From NCBI GenBank assembly GCA_963826825.1, contig CAWGYV010000015.1:11339-75338 (forward strand): a stretch of DNA of 64,000 nt, in the 5' to 3' direction. The stretch's first letter is position 1. Every line of letters begins with the position of its first letter. Below are positions 1-8,740 of this stretch, piece by piece. The position numbers and the translations under genes were made by a program. The notes beneath the pieces are model-generated. The model did no database searches. It was not told the origin of the DNA and saw only the letters and a list, made by a program, of their open reading frames with translations. The stretch comes from an uncultured Acidimicrobiia bacterium (GTDB lineage: Bacteria; Actinomycetota; Acidimicrobiia; Spongiisociales; DATADW01).

Positions 1-40
1 AGTAGTGGGTATCGGATTGCCGTCTTCGGGCTGACCTACC

Positions 41-68
41 CATTACTCATTACCCATTACCCAATACA
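41..68. repeat. tandem heptanucleotide repeat, four units (CATTACT CATTACC CATTACC CAATACA), AT-rich, upstream of nuoH
   Basis: Read directly: consecutive 7-nt units at 41-47, 48-54, 55-61 and 62-68. Confidence 0.85.
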
Positions 69-83
69 GGGGAAGGTCACGAA

Positions 84-1058
84 GTGACCTTTCCCCTGGA
101 ACTTGCCATCAAGCTGCTCGCTGCCGCGATCATCATTCCCACTTCGGCGCTGGTGTTCGGGTACGCCGAGCTCAAGATCTCCGCCCACATGCAGAGCCGC
201 ATCGGGCCCTACTTCGCCGGGGGGAGGTGGGGCTGGGCGCAGTTGCTCGCCGACGGGGTCAAATTCATCCAGAAGGAGGATGTGGTTCCGGGCGAGGCCG
301 ACCAGACGGTGTTCCGTTGGGCCCCCGCCGTCGTCCTGATGGGGACGGTCCTCCTCTTTGCCATCATTCCGCTCGGTCCCGACCTGGTGGTGGTCGACCT
401 CGACGTCGGGGTGTTCTACGCCCTCGCCGTTTCGTCGCTCGGGACCATCGGGGTGCTGATGGCGGGGTGGTCGTCCGCCAACAAGTACTCGCTGATCGGG
501 GGCCTGCGCGCCGCCGGTCAGCTCATCGCATACGAGCTTCCCCTAGTCCTGGCGGTGGTCGGCGTCGTCATCCAGGCAGGGACGATGTCGCTCGTCGGGA
601 TCGTGGACGCCCAGGGCGCGACGGGGCTCCCGTATGTGATCCCGCAGATCATCGGTTTCGTGATCTTCATGATCGCTTCGCTCGCCGAGTTGAGCCGGAT
701 CCCGTTCGATATGCCGATCGCCGAGTCCGAGTTGGTCATGGGCTACCTCACCGAGTACTCCGGTTTCCGATTCCTCTTCTTCTTCCTCGCCGAGTACGCC
801 AACATGTTCGCCCTGGCGGTCATCGCCACAACCCTCTTCCTCGGCGGTTACTGGGTCCCGTTCGACGTGAACCTCAACCTGGTCGGACCTCTGGTCGTCG
901 GAGCCAAGGCCTCCCTGCTCATCTTCGGCTTCATATGGTTCCGCTGGACCTTCCCCCGGCTGCGCGAGGATCAACTCCAGTCGCTGGCCTGGAAGGTGCT
1001 GATCCCCGTCGCCCTGCTCAACATCGCCATCACCGCCGTTCTCAAGGTCGTGTTCTGA
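84..1058 (+). CDS. nuoH: NADH-quinone oxidoreductase subunit H
   Basis: 324-aa polytopic membrane ORF with typical NuoH/ND1 sequence ([10 protein letters not shown]..., [18 protein letters not shown]). GTG start at 84 preceded by GGGGAAGG. Followed by nuoI-N in canonical order. Confidence 0.95.
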   Translation: MTFPLELAIKLLAAAIIIPTSALVFGYAELKISAHMQSRIGPYFAGGRWGWAQLLADGVKFIQKEDVVPGEADQTVFRWAPAVVLMGTVLLFAIIPLGPDLVVVDLDVGVFYALAVSSLGTIGVLMAGWSSANKYSLIGGLRAAGQLIAYELPLVLAVVGVVIQAGTMSLVGIVDAQGATGLPYVIPQIIGFVIFMIASLAELSRIPFDMPIAESELVMGYLTEYSGFRFLFFFLAEYANMFALAVIATTLFLGGYWVPFDVNLNLVGPLVVGAKASLLIFGFIWFRWTFPRLREDQLQSLAWKVLIPVALLNIAITAVLKVVF

Positions 1059-1522
1059 TGGCGCTCAAGGTTCCCGGCTCCGGCCTCGCCAAAGGAATGT
1101 GGGTGACCTTGCGCACCCTCTTCACCCGACCGGTGACGGTCAATTACCCGGTGGTCAAGGAAACGCCGGTCCCCAGGGCGAGAGGCGTCATCGCCCTCGA
1201 CCAGGAAGCGTGCACGGTCTGCATGCTCTGTGCCCGGTCGTGCCCCGACTGGTGCATCTACATCGAGGGCCACAAGGAGGAGAAGCAACCCGACAAGCCG
1301 GGTGGCCGGGTGAGGGTGCGCTCGACGCTCGACCGTTTCGACATCGACTACGCCCTATGCATGTACTGCGGGATCTGCGTCGAGGTCTGCCCGTTCGACG
1401 CCCTCTTCTGGAGCCCGGAGTACGAGTACTCCGAGTACCAGATGGGTGCGATGCTCCACGACAGGGAGCGCCTCCAAGACTGGCTCGCCACCGTTCCCCC
1501 CTCCCCGGAGCTGGAGAAATGA
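1058..1522 (+). CDS. nuoI: NADH-quinone oxidoreductase subunit I (2x[4Fe-4S] ferredoxin type)
   Basis: Downstream part of ORF 227..1522. ATG at 1058 overlaps the nuoH TGA (ATGA-type overlap). Two CxxCxxCxxxCP motifs ([24 protein letters not shown]). Confidence 0.93.
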   Translation: MALKVPGSGLAKGMWVTLRTLFTRPVTVNYPVVKETPVPRARGVIALDQEACTVCMLCARSCPDWCIYIEGHKEEKQPDKPGGRVRVRSTLDRFDIDYALCMYCGICVEVCPFDALFWSPEYEYSEYQMGAMLHDRERLQDWLATVPPSPELEK

Positions 1523-1582
1523 GCTCCCTTCCTCCGGCCGCCGGCCGAGGTGCGCACCGTTGGGAGATATCCCAGCCGCCCT

Positions 1583-1623
1583 CCCCGCTGCTTCGCAGCG
1601 GGGCCCTTCCCCCCTACGGGGGG
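1583..1623 (+). other. two adjacent perfect hairpins in the nuoI-nuoJ spacer
   Basis: CCCCGCTGC-TTC-GCAGCGGGG (1583-1603; 9-bp stem) and CCCCCC-TAC-GGGGGG (1609-1623; 6-bp stem), read directly. Confidence 0.8.
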
Positions 1624-1645
1624 ACGGAGAGGATTCGTCACTCTG

Positions 1646-1692
1646 CTGCCGTCTGCCGTCTGCCGTCTGCCGTCTGCGAGCCGGAGGCTCGC
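1646..1692 (+). repeat. (CTGCCGT)x4 heptad array fused to hairpin GCGAGCC-GGA-GGCTCGC that contains the nuoJ Shine-Dalgarno (copy 1)
   Basis: Heptads at 1646-1673. Hairpin at 1676-1692. GGAGG at 1683-1687 lies 7 nt upstream of the GTG at 1695. 37 nt (1656-1692) are identical to 2251-2287. Confidence 0.9.
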
Positions 1693-1694
1693 TC

Positions 1695-2246
1695 GTGAGC
1701 GTTGGGGACTGGATCTCGGAGCCGGCCAACTGGGCGTTCCTGATCCTGGCGGTGCCGGTCGCCTACGCCGGGTTCCGTGTCGTCACCACCAAGAACGTGA
1801 TCCACGCCGCCCTCTACCTGGTCATCACCCTGGCGGGGACGGCCGGGCTGTTCCTGTTGCTCTCCGCCGAGTTCGTCGCCTGGGTGCTGGTCCTGGTCTA
1901 CATCGGGGCGGTGATCGTGCTCTTCCTATTCGGGATCATGATCACCCGCGCTCCGATGGGGAGGGACATCGCACTCGATCACGAGCGGAAAGCACCGGCG
2001 GCGCTGGTTTCGGCGGCTCTCTTCGCCGTCCTGGCGTGGGCGACGGTGTCCGCCTTCGAGTTCACCACGATCTCCTCCGCAGGCGAGGGAGTGTCAACCG
2101 ACCTGTTGGGCGACGCCCTGCTGGGTCGGTTTGTCATTCCCTTCGAGGTGGTCTCGTTCCTCCTCCTCGCCGCCCTGATCGGCGGGATCACCGTCGCCAG
2201 GCGCGACCTGACTCCGCTCGAAGAAGAAGAGCGGAGATTGGTATGA
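1695..2246 (+). CDS. nuoJ: NADH-quinone oxidoreductase subunit J
   Basis: In-frame GTG within ORF 1446..2246, 7 nt after GGAGG. Hydrophobic NuoJ-like sequence (IHAALYLVITLAGTAGLFLLLSAEFVA..., FEVVSFLLLAALIGG). Operon position supports the call. Confidence 0.88.
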   Translation: MSVGDWISEPANWAFLILAVPVAYAGFRVVTTKNVIHAALYLVITLAGTAGLFLLLSAEFVAWVLVLVYIGAVIVLFLFGIMITRAPMGRDIALDHERKAPAALVSAALFAVLAWATVSAFEFTTISSAGEGVSTDLLGDALLGRFVIPFEVVSFLLLAALIGGITVARRDLTPLEEEERRLV

Positions 2247-2247
2247 G

Positions 2248-2287
2248 CCGCCGTCTGCCGTCTGCCGTCTGCGAGCCGGAGGCTCGC
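2248..2287 (+). repeat. heptad array (one degenerate plus two perfect CTGCCGT units) plus the same SD-containing hairpin (copy 2); fills the whole nuoJ-nuoK spacer
   Basis: 2255-2268 is CTGCCGT x2. Hairpin at 2271-2287. GGAGG at 2278-2282 lies 7 nt upstream of the ATG at 2290. Confidence 0.9.
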
Positions 2288-2289
2288 CC

Positions 2290-2595
2290 ATGACCACCAT
2301 TCAGTTCGTCCTGCTGGCGGCGCTGCTCTTCTCGTTTGGGATCTACGGGTTGTTGGTGCGGCGGAACGCGGTGATGGTGTTGCTGGCGGTCGAGTTGATG
2401 CTCAACGCGGTCAACATCAACCTGATCGCCTTCGAGGCGACGCTGCGCTCAGCGCTGGCCGTGGGCCATGTGTTCAGCGTCTTCGTGATCACCGTGGCCG
2501 CGGCCGAGGTTGGGATCGGGCTGGCCATCGTCCTCATGATCTTCCGTAACCGGAAGTCGGCCAACATCGACGAACTGGACCTCCTCAAGTGGTAG
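2290..2595 (+). CDS. nuoK: NADH-quinone oxidoreductase subunit K
   Basis: 101-aa, three-TM ORF with the NuoK signature region (LLAVELMLNAVNINLIAF). Confidence 0.95.
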   Translation: MTTIQFVLLAALLFSFGIYGLLVRRNAVMVLLAVELMLNAVNINLIAFEATLRSALAVGHVFSVFVITVAAAEVGIGLAIVLMIFRNRKSANIDELDLLKW

Positions 2596-4622
2596 GTCCC
2601 GCGGTGATCCTCGCCACGGAGGCAGAGCACGCAGCGCGGGAGGTTCTGACCTCGGGACCGCTGCTCGAGTGGGCGTGGCTGATCGTCGCCGTCCCCTTCG
2701 TCGCCTCGCTCCTCATCGTGCTGGTGGGGAAGCGGCTCCCCGGCAAGGGCGCCGAATTGGCGGTCGGAGCTCTCGGGTTCGTCATGCTCTACGGGGCCGC
2801 GCTGCTCTACCTCAACATCACCCAGGGCGTCATCTTCGAGAGCAGCGTGACCGTGGCCGAGGTGGGCGTCTTCTCCCTGGAGTGGGGATGGCTGGTCGAC
2901 GGCTTGTCGATCATGATGTTCTTCGTCGTCGGTGTTGTCGGTTTCCTCGTGTTCCTCTTCGCCGTGGGTTACATGCGCGGCGAGGTCAGGTACACCTTCT
3001 TCTGGGCGGCGTTCACCCTCTTCGCCGGGTCGATGTTGTTGCTGGTCTCGGCGCCCAACCTCATCCAGTTGATCGTCGGTTGGGAGGGCGTCGGCGTGGC
3101 CTCGTACCTGCTGATCGGCCACTACTGGGAGGACAAGGCCAACTCCTCGGCGGGCATGAAGGCCTTCTACACCAACCGGGTCGCCGACATCGGGCTCACC
3201 ATCGGCACCATCATCCTGGCGACCGCGCTCGGCACCTTCCGTATCGAGGAGATAAACGCCGCCGCCGCCGAGGGCGCCGCCGCCATAACAGGTGTCGCTT
3301 TCGTCGGCGCCATCCTCCTCTTCTTCGGGGCGATGGGGAAGAGCGCCCAGTTCCCTCTCCACGTGTGGCTACCCGACGCCATGGCCGGGCCCACACCCGT
3401 GTCGGCGCTGATGCACGCCGCCACCATGGTCACCGCCGGTGTCTACCTGGTGGCGCGCATGTTCCCCCTGTTCGAGTCGCTCGCCGGCCAGCACCGCAAC
3501 TGGGTCCTCATCATCGGGTCGGCAACGGCTCTGCTCGGGCTGCTGGCGCTGGTGCAGGACGACATCAAACGGGTCCTCGCCTACTCGACCGTCAGCCAGC
3601 TGGGCTACATGATGGTGGCGCTCGGGGCCGGGGCGTACACCGCCGGCTTGTTCCATCTGTGGACCCACGCCTTCTTCAAGGCGCTCTTGTTCCTTTGCTC
3701 GGGTTCGGTGATCCACGCCGTCCACTCCAACAACATGTCGGAGATGGGGGGCTTGCGGAAACCGATGCGGGTGACATTTGTGACCTGGATGATCGGAGCG
3801 TTCGCCCTGGTGGCCCTTCCTCCCTTCGCCGGGTTCTTCTCAAAGGACGAGATCCTGGCGGGGCTGGACAATGCCGGCTACGAGGCGGTGATGTGGATCG
3901 GTGTGGGGGCGGCGTTCGTCACTGCCCTCTACATGACCAGGGCGACGGCCCTCACCTTCTTCGGCGTCTACAAGGGTCACGGTCATCCCCACGAATCCGA
4001 ACGTCTCATGACCATCCCGTTGGTCGTTCTCGCCGTGCTCAGCGTGGTGGCGGGGTGGGTGAACATCCCCGGGGTGTACACCGGTCTCACCGAGTGGCTC
4101 GGTACTCGCAGCGTCGTCTTCGAGGAGTTCCACCCCGAGGGGTTCGAGGCCCTGCCGCTGGTCGCCGGTCTGGTGGCCACACTGCTCGGGATCTTCATCG
4201 GCTGGTCGATCTACGGGCGCGACGCCGCCACCCAGGAGGCAAGGGACCGGCTGCGGGTGCCCGGTCTCTGGCCCTTCCTCCAGCACCGGCTCTACATCGA
4301 CGATCTCTACTGGAAAGGGATCGTGCAACCGATCAAGGGGCCAATGGCCAGGGCGGTCAACTGGATCAACGACAACGTGATCGATGCGGTGGTCAACGGG
4401 GCCGGTTTCGCCACCGCCTGGCTGGGACACGTCGTCTACGGGGGGATAGACCAGCGCGGGATCGACTTCGCCTACAACGGTCTGTCGACCGCGACCGATG
4501 AGGCCGGTGGGGCGGTCAGCCATCTCCAGACCGGGAAGGTCCAGGAGTACGCGGCTGCGTTCGTGGTCGGGGCGTTGGTGCTTGTCGTGTTCGGGTTTCT
4601 CGGGTTCTTCGTCTTCGGTTAG
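2589..4622 (+). CDS. nuoL: NADH-quinone oxidoreductase subunit L
   Basis: 677-aa antiporter-like subunit (WEGVGVASYLLIGHYW, GKSAQFPLHVWLPDAMAGPTPVSALMHAATMV). GTG at 2589 overlaps the nuoK end; an in-frame GTG at 2604 is an alternative start. Confidence 0.93.
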   Translation: MVGPAVILATEAEHAAREVLTSGPLLEWAWLIVAVPFVASLLIVLVGKRLPGKGAELAVGALGFVMLYGAALLYLNITQGVIFESSVTVAEVGVFSLEWGWLVDGLSIMMFFVVGVVGFLVFLFAVGYMRGEVRYTFFWAAFTLFAGSMLLLVSAPNLIQLIVGWEGVGVASYLLIGHYWEDKANSSAGMKAFYTNRVADIGLTIGTIILATALGTFRIEEINAAAAEGAAAITGVAFVGAILLFFGAMGKSAQFPLHVWLPDAMAGPTPVSALMHAATMVTAGVYLVARMFPLFESLAGQHRNWVLIIGSATALLGLLALVQDDIKRVLAYSTVSQLGYMMVALGAGAYTAGLFHLWTHAFFKALLFLCSGSVIHAVHSNNMSEMGGLRKPMRVTFVTWMIGAFALVALPPFAGFFSKDEILAGLDNAGYEAVMWIGVGAAFVTALYMTRATALTFFGVYKGHGHPHESERLMTIPLVVLAVLSVVAGWVNIPGVYTGLTEWLGTRSVVFEEFHPEGFEALPLVAGLVATLLGIFIGWSIYGRDAATQEARDRLRVPGLWPFLQHRLYIDDLYWKGIVQPIKGPMARAVNWINDNVIDAVVNGAGFATAWLGHVVYGGIDQRGIDFAYNGLSTATDEAGGAVSHLQTGKVQEYAAAFVVGALVLVVFGFLGFFVFG

Positions 4623-4636
4623 GAGGGGTGGTTCCG

Positions 4637-6214
4637 ATGGATTGGTTCGACAGCGGCTGGGGGCTCTCCCTCATCGTGTTCCTACCACTGGTGGGCGTGC
4701 TCCTGCTGCTGCTCACCCCCAAGGCGGCTGAGACCGCCCAAAAGGGGATCGCCCTTTTGATCACCGTGGTCTGCTTCGTCCTCTCCTTGGTGGCCATCGT
4801 CCGGTTCGACTTCGGCGACTCGCACATGTTCCAGTTGGGGATGGATCTGTCATGGATCCCGGCGATCGATGCCAGGTACCACATCGGGATCGACGGGATC
4901 AGCCTCCCGCTGCTGGTCCTCAGCTGTTTCGTGACCGTCCTGTCGGTCATCTACTCCTGGAACCACTGGGAGGAACCGCGCAACCCCCGCGCCTTCCTCG
5001 CCCTGATGCTCGTCCTGCTCACCGGGATGAACGGCACCTTCGTCGCCCTCGACCTGGTGCTCTTCTTCATCTTCTTCGAGTTGGTGCTGCTCCCGATGTA
5101 CTTCATGGTGGGAGTGTGGGGTGACCGCACCATCCGAAAGATCCCCGGGTTCAAACGAGAGATGGAGACCAGGCTCTACGCCGCGATCAAGTTCTTCATC
5201 TTCACGCTGTTCGGCTCGGCCTTCATGCTGTTGGGCTTCCTCGCCCTCTACTTCAACTCCGACGGCGGCGGAGCGGCGCCGACCTTCCAGATCCCAGAGT
5301 TGATCGAGCGGAGCGGTCTCTTCACCGGAAGCGTTGCCTGGTTCATCTTCGCCGCCCTCTTCCTCGGGTTCGCCGTCAAGGTCCCGATGTGGCCACTCCA
5401 CACCTGGCTCCCCGACGCCCATACCGCGGCCCCGACGGTCGGATCGGTGCTGCTGGCTGCGATCCTGCTGAAGCTCGGCTCATACGGCTTCATCCGGATC
5501 TCACTCCCCATCCTCCCCGAGCAGGCGCGGGTGTGGGCGCCCGCCATCGCCATCCTGGCGGTGATCGGGATCATCTACGGATCGCTGGCGTGCCTTGCCC
5601 AAAGCGATATGAAGCGGCTCATCGCCTTCTCATCGGTGGGGCACATGGGCTTCGTGATGCTGGGGATCGCCACGCTCACCGAGGAGGGGATCAATGCCTC
5701 GCTGATAGGGATGGTCGCTCACGGCGTGATCACCGGGCTCCTCTTCTTCCTGGCCGGGTCGATGAGCCACCGCTATCACACGCGCGAGATGTCGCGTCTC
5801 GGCGGGAACCTCAAGCTGATGCCGCTGCTCGGTGGAATATTCGCCTTCACCGCCATGGCGTCGCTCGGCCTCCCCGGGCTCGCCGGGTTCTGGGGGGAGT
5901 TCATGTCGCTGCTCGGCTCATACCAACCGCTCGGCGGTCTCAATCTCACAGTGTTTCGAACCGCCATGGTCTTCGGTGCCATCGGGACGGTGCTCACCGC
6001 CGGCTACCTGCTGTGGATGCTGCAGCGGGTCAACTTGGGCGAGCCCAACTCCGAGTGGCTCGGCCACAACTTCCACGACGCCGACCGCTACGAGCTTGCG
6101 GCGTGGGTCCCGCTGATCATTCTCATCGTCGCCATCGGCGTTTTCCCCGACCTGGTCTTCGGGGCCACCGACGGGGCGGTCTCCGCCCTGGTGACCAACG
6201 CCTTCGGAGGGTGA
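4637..6214 (+). CDS. nuoM: NADH-quinone oxidoreductase subunit M
   Basis: Antiporter-like subunit (VKVPMWPLHTWLPDAHTAAPTVGSVLLAAILLKLG). ATG at 4637 is 10 nt after AGGAGG (4621-4626). The ORF track starts at GTG 4628, which sits too close to the SD. Confidence 0.9.
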   Translation: MDWFDSGWGLSLIVFLPLVGVLLLLLTPKAAETAQKGIALLITVVCFVLSLVAIVRFDFGDSHMFQLGMDLSWIPAIDARYHIGIDGISLPLLVLSCFVTVLSVIYSWNHWEEPRNPRAFLALMLVLLTGMNGTFVALDLVLFFIFFELVLLPMYFMVGVWGDRTIRKIPGFKREMETRLYAAIKFFIFTLFGSAFMLLGFLALYFNSDGGGAAPTFQIPELIERSGLFTGSVAWFIFAALFLGFAVKVPMWPLHTWLPDAHTAAPTVGSVLLAAILLKLGSYGFIRISLPILPEQARVWAPAIAILAVIGIIYGSLACLAQSDMKRLIAFSSVGHMGFVMLGIATLTEEGINASLIGMVAHGVITGLLFFLAGSMSHRYHTREMSRLGGNLKLMPLLGGIFAFTAMASLGLPGLAGFWGEFMSLLGSYQPLGGLNLTVFRTAMVFGAIGTVLTAGYLLWMLQRVNLGEPNSEWLGHNFHDADRYELAAWVPLIILIVAIGVFPDLVFGATDGAVSALVTNAFGG

Positions 6215-6215
6215 T

Positions 6216-7703
6216 TTGAGCCCAGACCTCGACTACATCGCCCTCCTCCCTGAGATAGCGCTCTCGGTGACGCTCGTGGCGGTGCTGGCGGCCGACCTGC
6301 TGCTACCCCGCACCAGGAAGTACTGGGTGGCCATCGTGGCGCTGGTTGGGGTCAGCCTCACCGCCATCCCGCTGATCTACCTGGCCATCGACGGCGATCT
6401 CCCCGCTGTGATGGTCGACGGCGGGTATGTGGTCGACGAGTTCGCCCTTGCGCTCAAGGGGCTGTTCGTCGTCGCCGGCTATCTCGTCCTGCTGATGTCG
6501 GTCAGCTACATCGAGTCGGAGCGCTACTACCAGGGCGAGTACTACTTCCTGTTGGTCGCCTCGATCCTGGGCTCGGTGGTCATGGCCTCCTCGCGCGACC
6601 TGATCACCCTGTTCATCGGGTTGGAGTTGGTGACCGCGCCCCTCTTCCTCCTCGCCGGTTGGCGGAAGGGCGACGTGAAGTCGAACGAGGCATCGCTCAA
6701 GTTCTTCCTCATCGGTGTGCTCTCGACCGCTCTCCTGCTATGGGGGATGTCCTTCCTCTACGGGCTGACCGGGACTGTGGACTTCGCCGGTCTGGCCGCC
6801 GCCAGCGGCGATCTGGTCGATAACCCGGCTTTTGTGCTCGCCGTGCTCTTCGTGATGGTGGGATTCGCCTTCAAGGTGACGGCGGCGCCCTTCCACTGGT
6901 GGGCCCCTGATACCTATGAGGGCGCCCCCACCCCGGTGACGGCGTATCTCTCGGTGTCGTCGAAGGCGGCCGGGTTCGTCGGGCTGCTGCTCATCACCTA
7001 CCTGGCGTTGCCCGACGCCGCCTCCATCTGGGGGCCGGCGCTCTGGCTGCTGGCGGTGGTCTCGATGACGTTGGGCAACCTGAGCGCGCTGCGGCAGCGC
7101 AACATCGTGCGGCTGCTCGCCTACTCATCGGTGGCACAGGCCGGGTTCATGATGGTGCCCTTCGCCGGAGCCGCCGTGGACGGGAGCGACCTCGCCACCG
7201 CGGTCACCGCCACCGTGACCTATCTGATGATCTACTCCATCATGAACCTCGGTGCCTTCGCCGTTGTGATCGCCGGGGCCCGGAAGACTGGGACCGGCCA
7301 GCTCGACGGGTGGGCCGGGCTCGGGTCCTATGCCCCCGGGCTTGGTCTTGCCTTGGCGCTCTTCTTCTTCTCGCTGGCCGGGATCCCGCCGCTCGCCGGG
7401 TGGTTTGCCAAGTTCGTCATGTTCAGCACGGTGATCGGCACCGGAAATCCGTGGACGTTGGCTCTGGCGGTGATCGCCGCCATCAACACTGTGATCGCGT
7501 TGGTGTACTACGCCCGGGTGGCCAAGGTGGTGTGGATGGACCCGGCCCCGGAGACGGCACCCGAGGGCAGGGACCGCCCGGTGGCGGCATCTCTCGGACT
7601 GGTGTTGGGGATCGCCGCGGTGATCATCGTGGTGCTCGGCTTCCTCCCCGGGATCGTCGCCGGCTTCGCCGACGCCACCCGGGTCATCGTCGCCGGCGGC
7701 TAG
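6216..7703 (+). CDS. nuoN: NADH-quinone oxidoreductase subunit N
   Basis: 495-aa antiporter-like subunit (FKVTAAPFHWWAPDTYEGAPTPVTAYLSVSSKAAG). TTG start immediately after the nuoM stop. Confidence 0.92.
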   Translation: MSPDLDYIALLPEIALSVTLVAVLAADLLLPRTRKYWVAIVALVGVSLTAIPLIYLAIDGDLPAVMVDGGYVVDEFALALKGLFVVAGYLVLLMSVSYIESERYYQGEYYFLLVASILGSVVMASSRDLITLFIGLELVTAPLFLLAGWRKGDVKSNEASLKFFLIGVLSTALLLWGMSFLYGLTGTVDFAGLAAASGDLVDNPAFVLAVLFVMVGFAFKVTAAPFHWWAPDTYEGAPTPVTAYLSVSSKAAGFVGLLLITYLALPDAASIWGPALWLLAVVSMTLGNLSALRQRNIVRLLAYSSVAQAGFMMVPFAGAAVDGSDLATAVTATVTYLMIYSIMNLGAFAVVIAGARKTGTGQLDGWAGLGSYAPGLGLALALFFFSLAGIPPLAGWFAKFVMFSTVIGTGNPWTLALAVIAAINTVIALVYYARVAKVVWMDPAPETAPEGRDRPVAASLGLVLGIAAVIIVVLGFLPGIVAGFADATRVIVAGG

Positions 7704-8063
7704 CTAGAAGAGGTGGCTGTCGTCGCCTTGGGGTGAGGTTGTCGTCTCCAGCAGACGGCGGGCGCGCCGGCCGAGGTCCCCCAGGTCCACCCTGCCTGCA
7801 TCCGCGGCGGCCACCAAACGCTCCGCCAGGTCGATCGCTTCGTCGAGGATGGGCGCCGTGGCCGCCGCGTCCTGCCCCATCTCATGCAGGATCGTGCGCT
7901 CGGTACGCGAGGCGACGATCGGGTCGGCGACGCCGTCCACCCAGACCAGGGTGCGCCGCCCGCCACCTCTCTCCTCGCCCAGCAACGGCTCGAGGGCGTA
8001 GATGCGGTCGGCCCTGGCCCACTTCCCGTAACCGAGGAACACCATCCGAGGCGCTGTGCTCAC
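7704..8063 (-). CDS. small protein with a RemA/DUF370-like N-terminal domain and a ~55-aa acidic/helical C-terminal extension
   Basis: 119-aa ORF. By eye, FLGYGKWARADRIYALEPL ... GGRRTLVWVDGVADPIVASRTERTIL aligns with my recollection of B. subtilis RemA (IGFGN..SANR.ISIVSP ... GRRTRAV...SDH.ILSAVQPETV). The family assignment is from memory and not searched. Confidence 0.5.
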   Translation of the reverse strand: MSTAPRMVFLGYGKWARADRIYALEPLLGEERGGGRRTLVWVDGVADPIVASRTERTILHEMGQDAAATAPILDEAIDLAERLVAAADAGRVDLGDLGRRARRLLETTTSPQGDDSHLF

Positions 8064-8208
8064 TCCCTGATTATGGCGAACCTGGCCGGATCGTGGTGGA
8101 GTTCACGTCCATTGCGTTTCCACCGCTCCCTGAGGCCTTTCGTCATGCCAATACCACCTGCCATATCGTTGTAACGCTGGCATCGTCGACTTGTGGTTGG
8201 ATTGTGTC

Positions 8209-8740
8209 ATGACAACAGAGCAGCTAGCTGATGGCATGGTCCGACTACCGGGAGGGGAAACAGTCCCTGAGGCGTTCACAGCTGTCGTTGCGCTACCCGA
8301 GAAGGGACTTCGATGGGACGTGGGAGTTGTACTGGTCGACGGGCAGCCGCATGCCCAGTGGGTGATGACCCGATCCAAACAACAGCCCATGTCAGCCGAG
8401 CTACTCCATCAGATCGACCTGGTGGCCGTGCTGGACGCCGCCGTTCAACACGTGGCCCGGCGGCAAGCTCACGGCAGTGACGTGTCGGTTGCTTTCAGCG
8501 AGCTCGACCAGGCTGGGGGAGAAGAAGAGCTTCGCCAGACTGCTCGATCGGGAAGGCGACTCACGCGCTCCAGCCCGCCCTGCAGGGCACCGGAGGAAGG
8601 TAACCCCCGAGCTGCTATCCCACGTCCTCGAGCTCTACGAGAAGAGCGGCATCCACGTCGTCATGGACGAGCTCGACTACTCAGAACGTAACGCCCGCCG
8701 GCTGATCGCCCGGGCGAGGAAGGAACTAGAACGAACCTGA
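8209..8740 (+). pseudogene. orphan gene split over two frames; the C-terminal part is HTH-like
   Basis: Frame of ORF 8191..8691 is protein-like up to about 8515 (MTTEQLADG...FSELDQAGG) and then Arg-rich junk. Frame of ORF 8477..8740 becomes protein-like after about 8520 (RKVTPELLSHVLELYEKSGIHVVMDELDYSERNARRLIARARKELERT). A G5 run at 8515-8519 is the likely shift site. The region is visibly lower in GC. Confidence 0.45.

Noticed and set aside
227-1057. N-terminal 277 codons of the 431-aa ORF 227..1522
   Set aside because: This is an alternative frame of nuoH and its translation is Arg/Pro/Gly-rich junk. Only the part from ATG 1058 is NuoI.
1646-2287. Heptad arrays as a possible CRISPR or minisatellite locus
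   Set aside because: The units are 7 nt and directly abutting, with no spacers, and no cas genes are present. There are only two loci of this family in the window.
2343-3362. 339-aa minus-strand ORF antisense to nuoK/nuoL, and similar long antisense ORFs such as 13726..14667, 3840..4523, 46937..48007 and 45046..45915
   Set aside because: These are typical stop-poor shadow ORFs of a high-GC genome. Their composition is Arg/Gly/Asp/Glu-rich with no motifs, and they fully overlap confidently identified genes.
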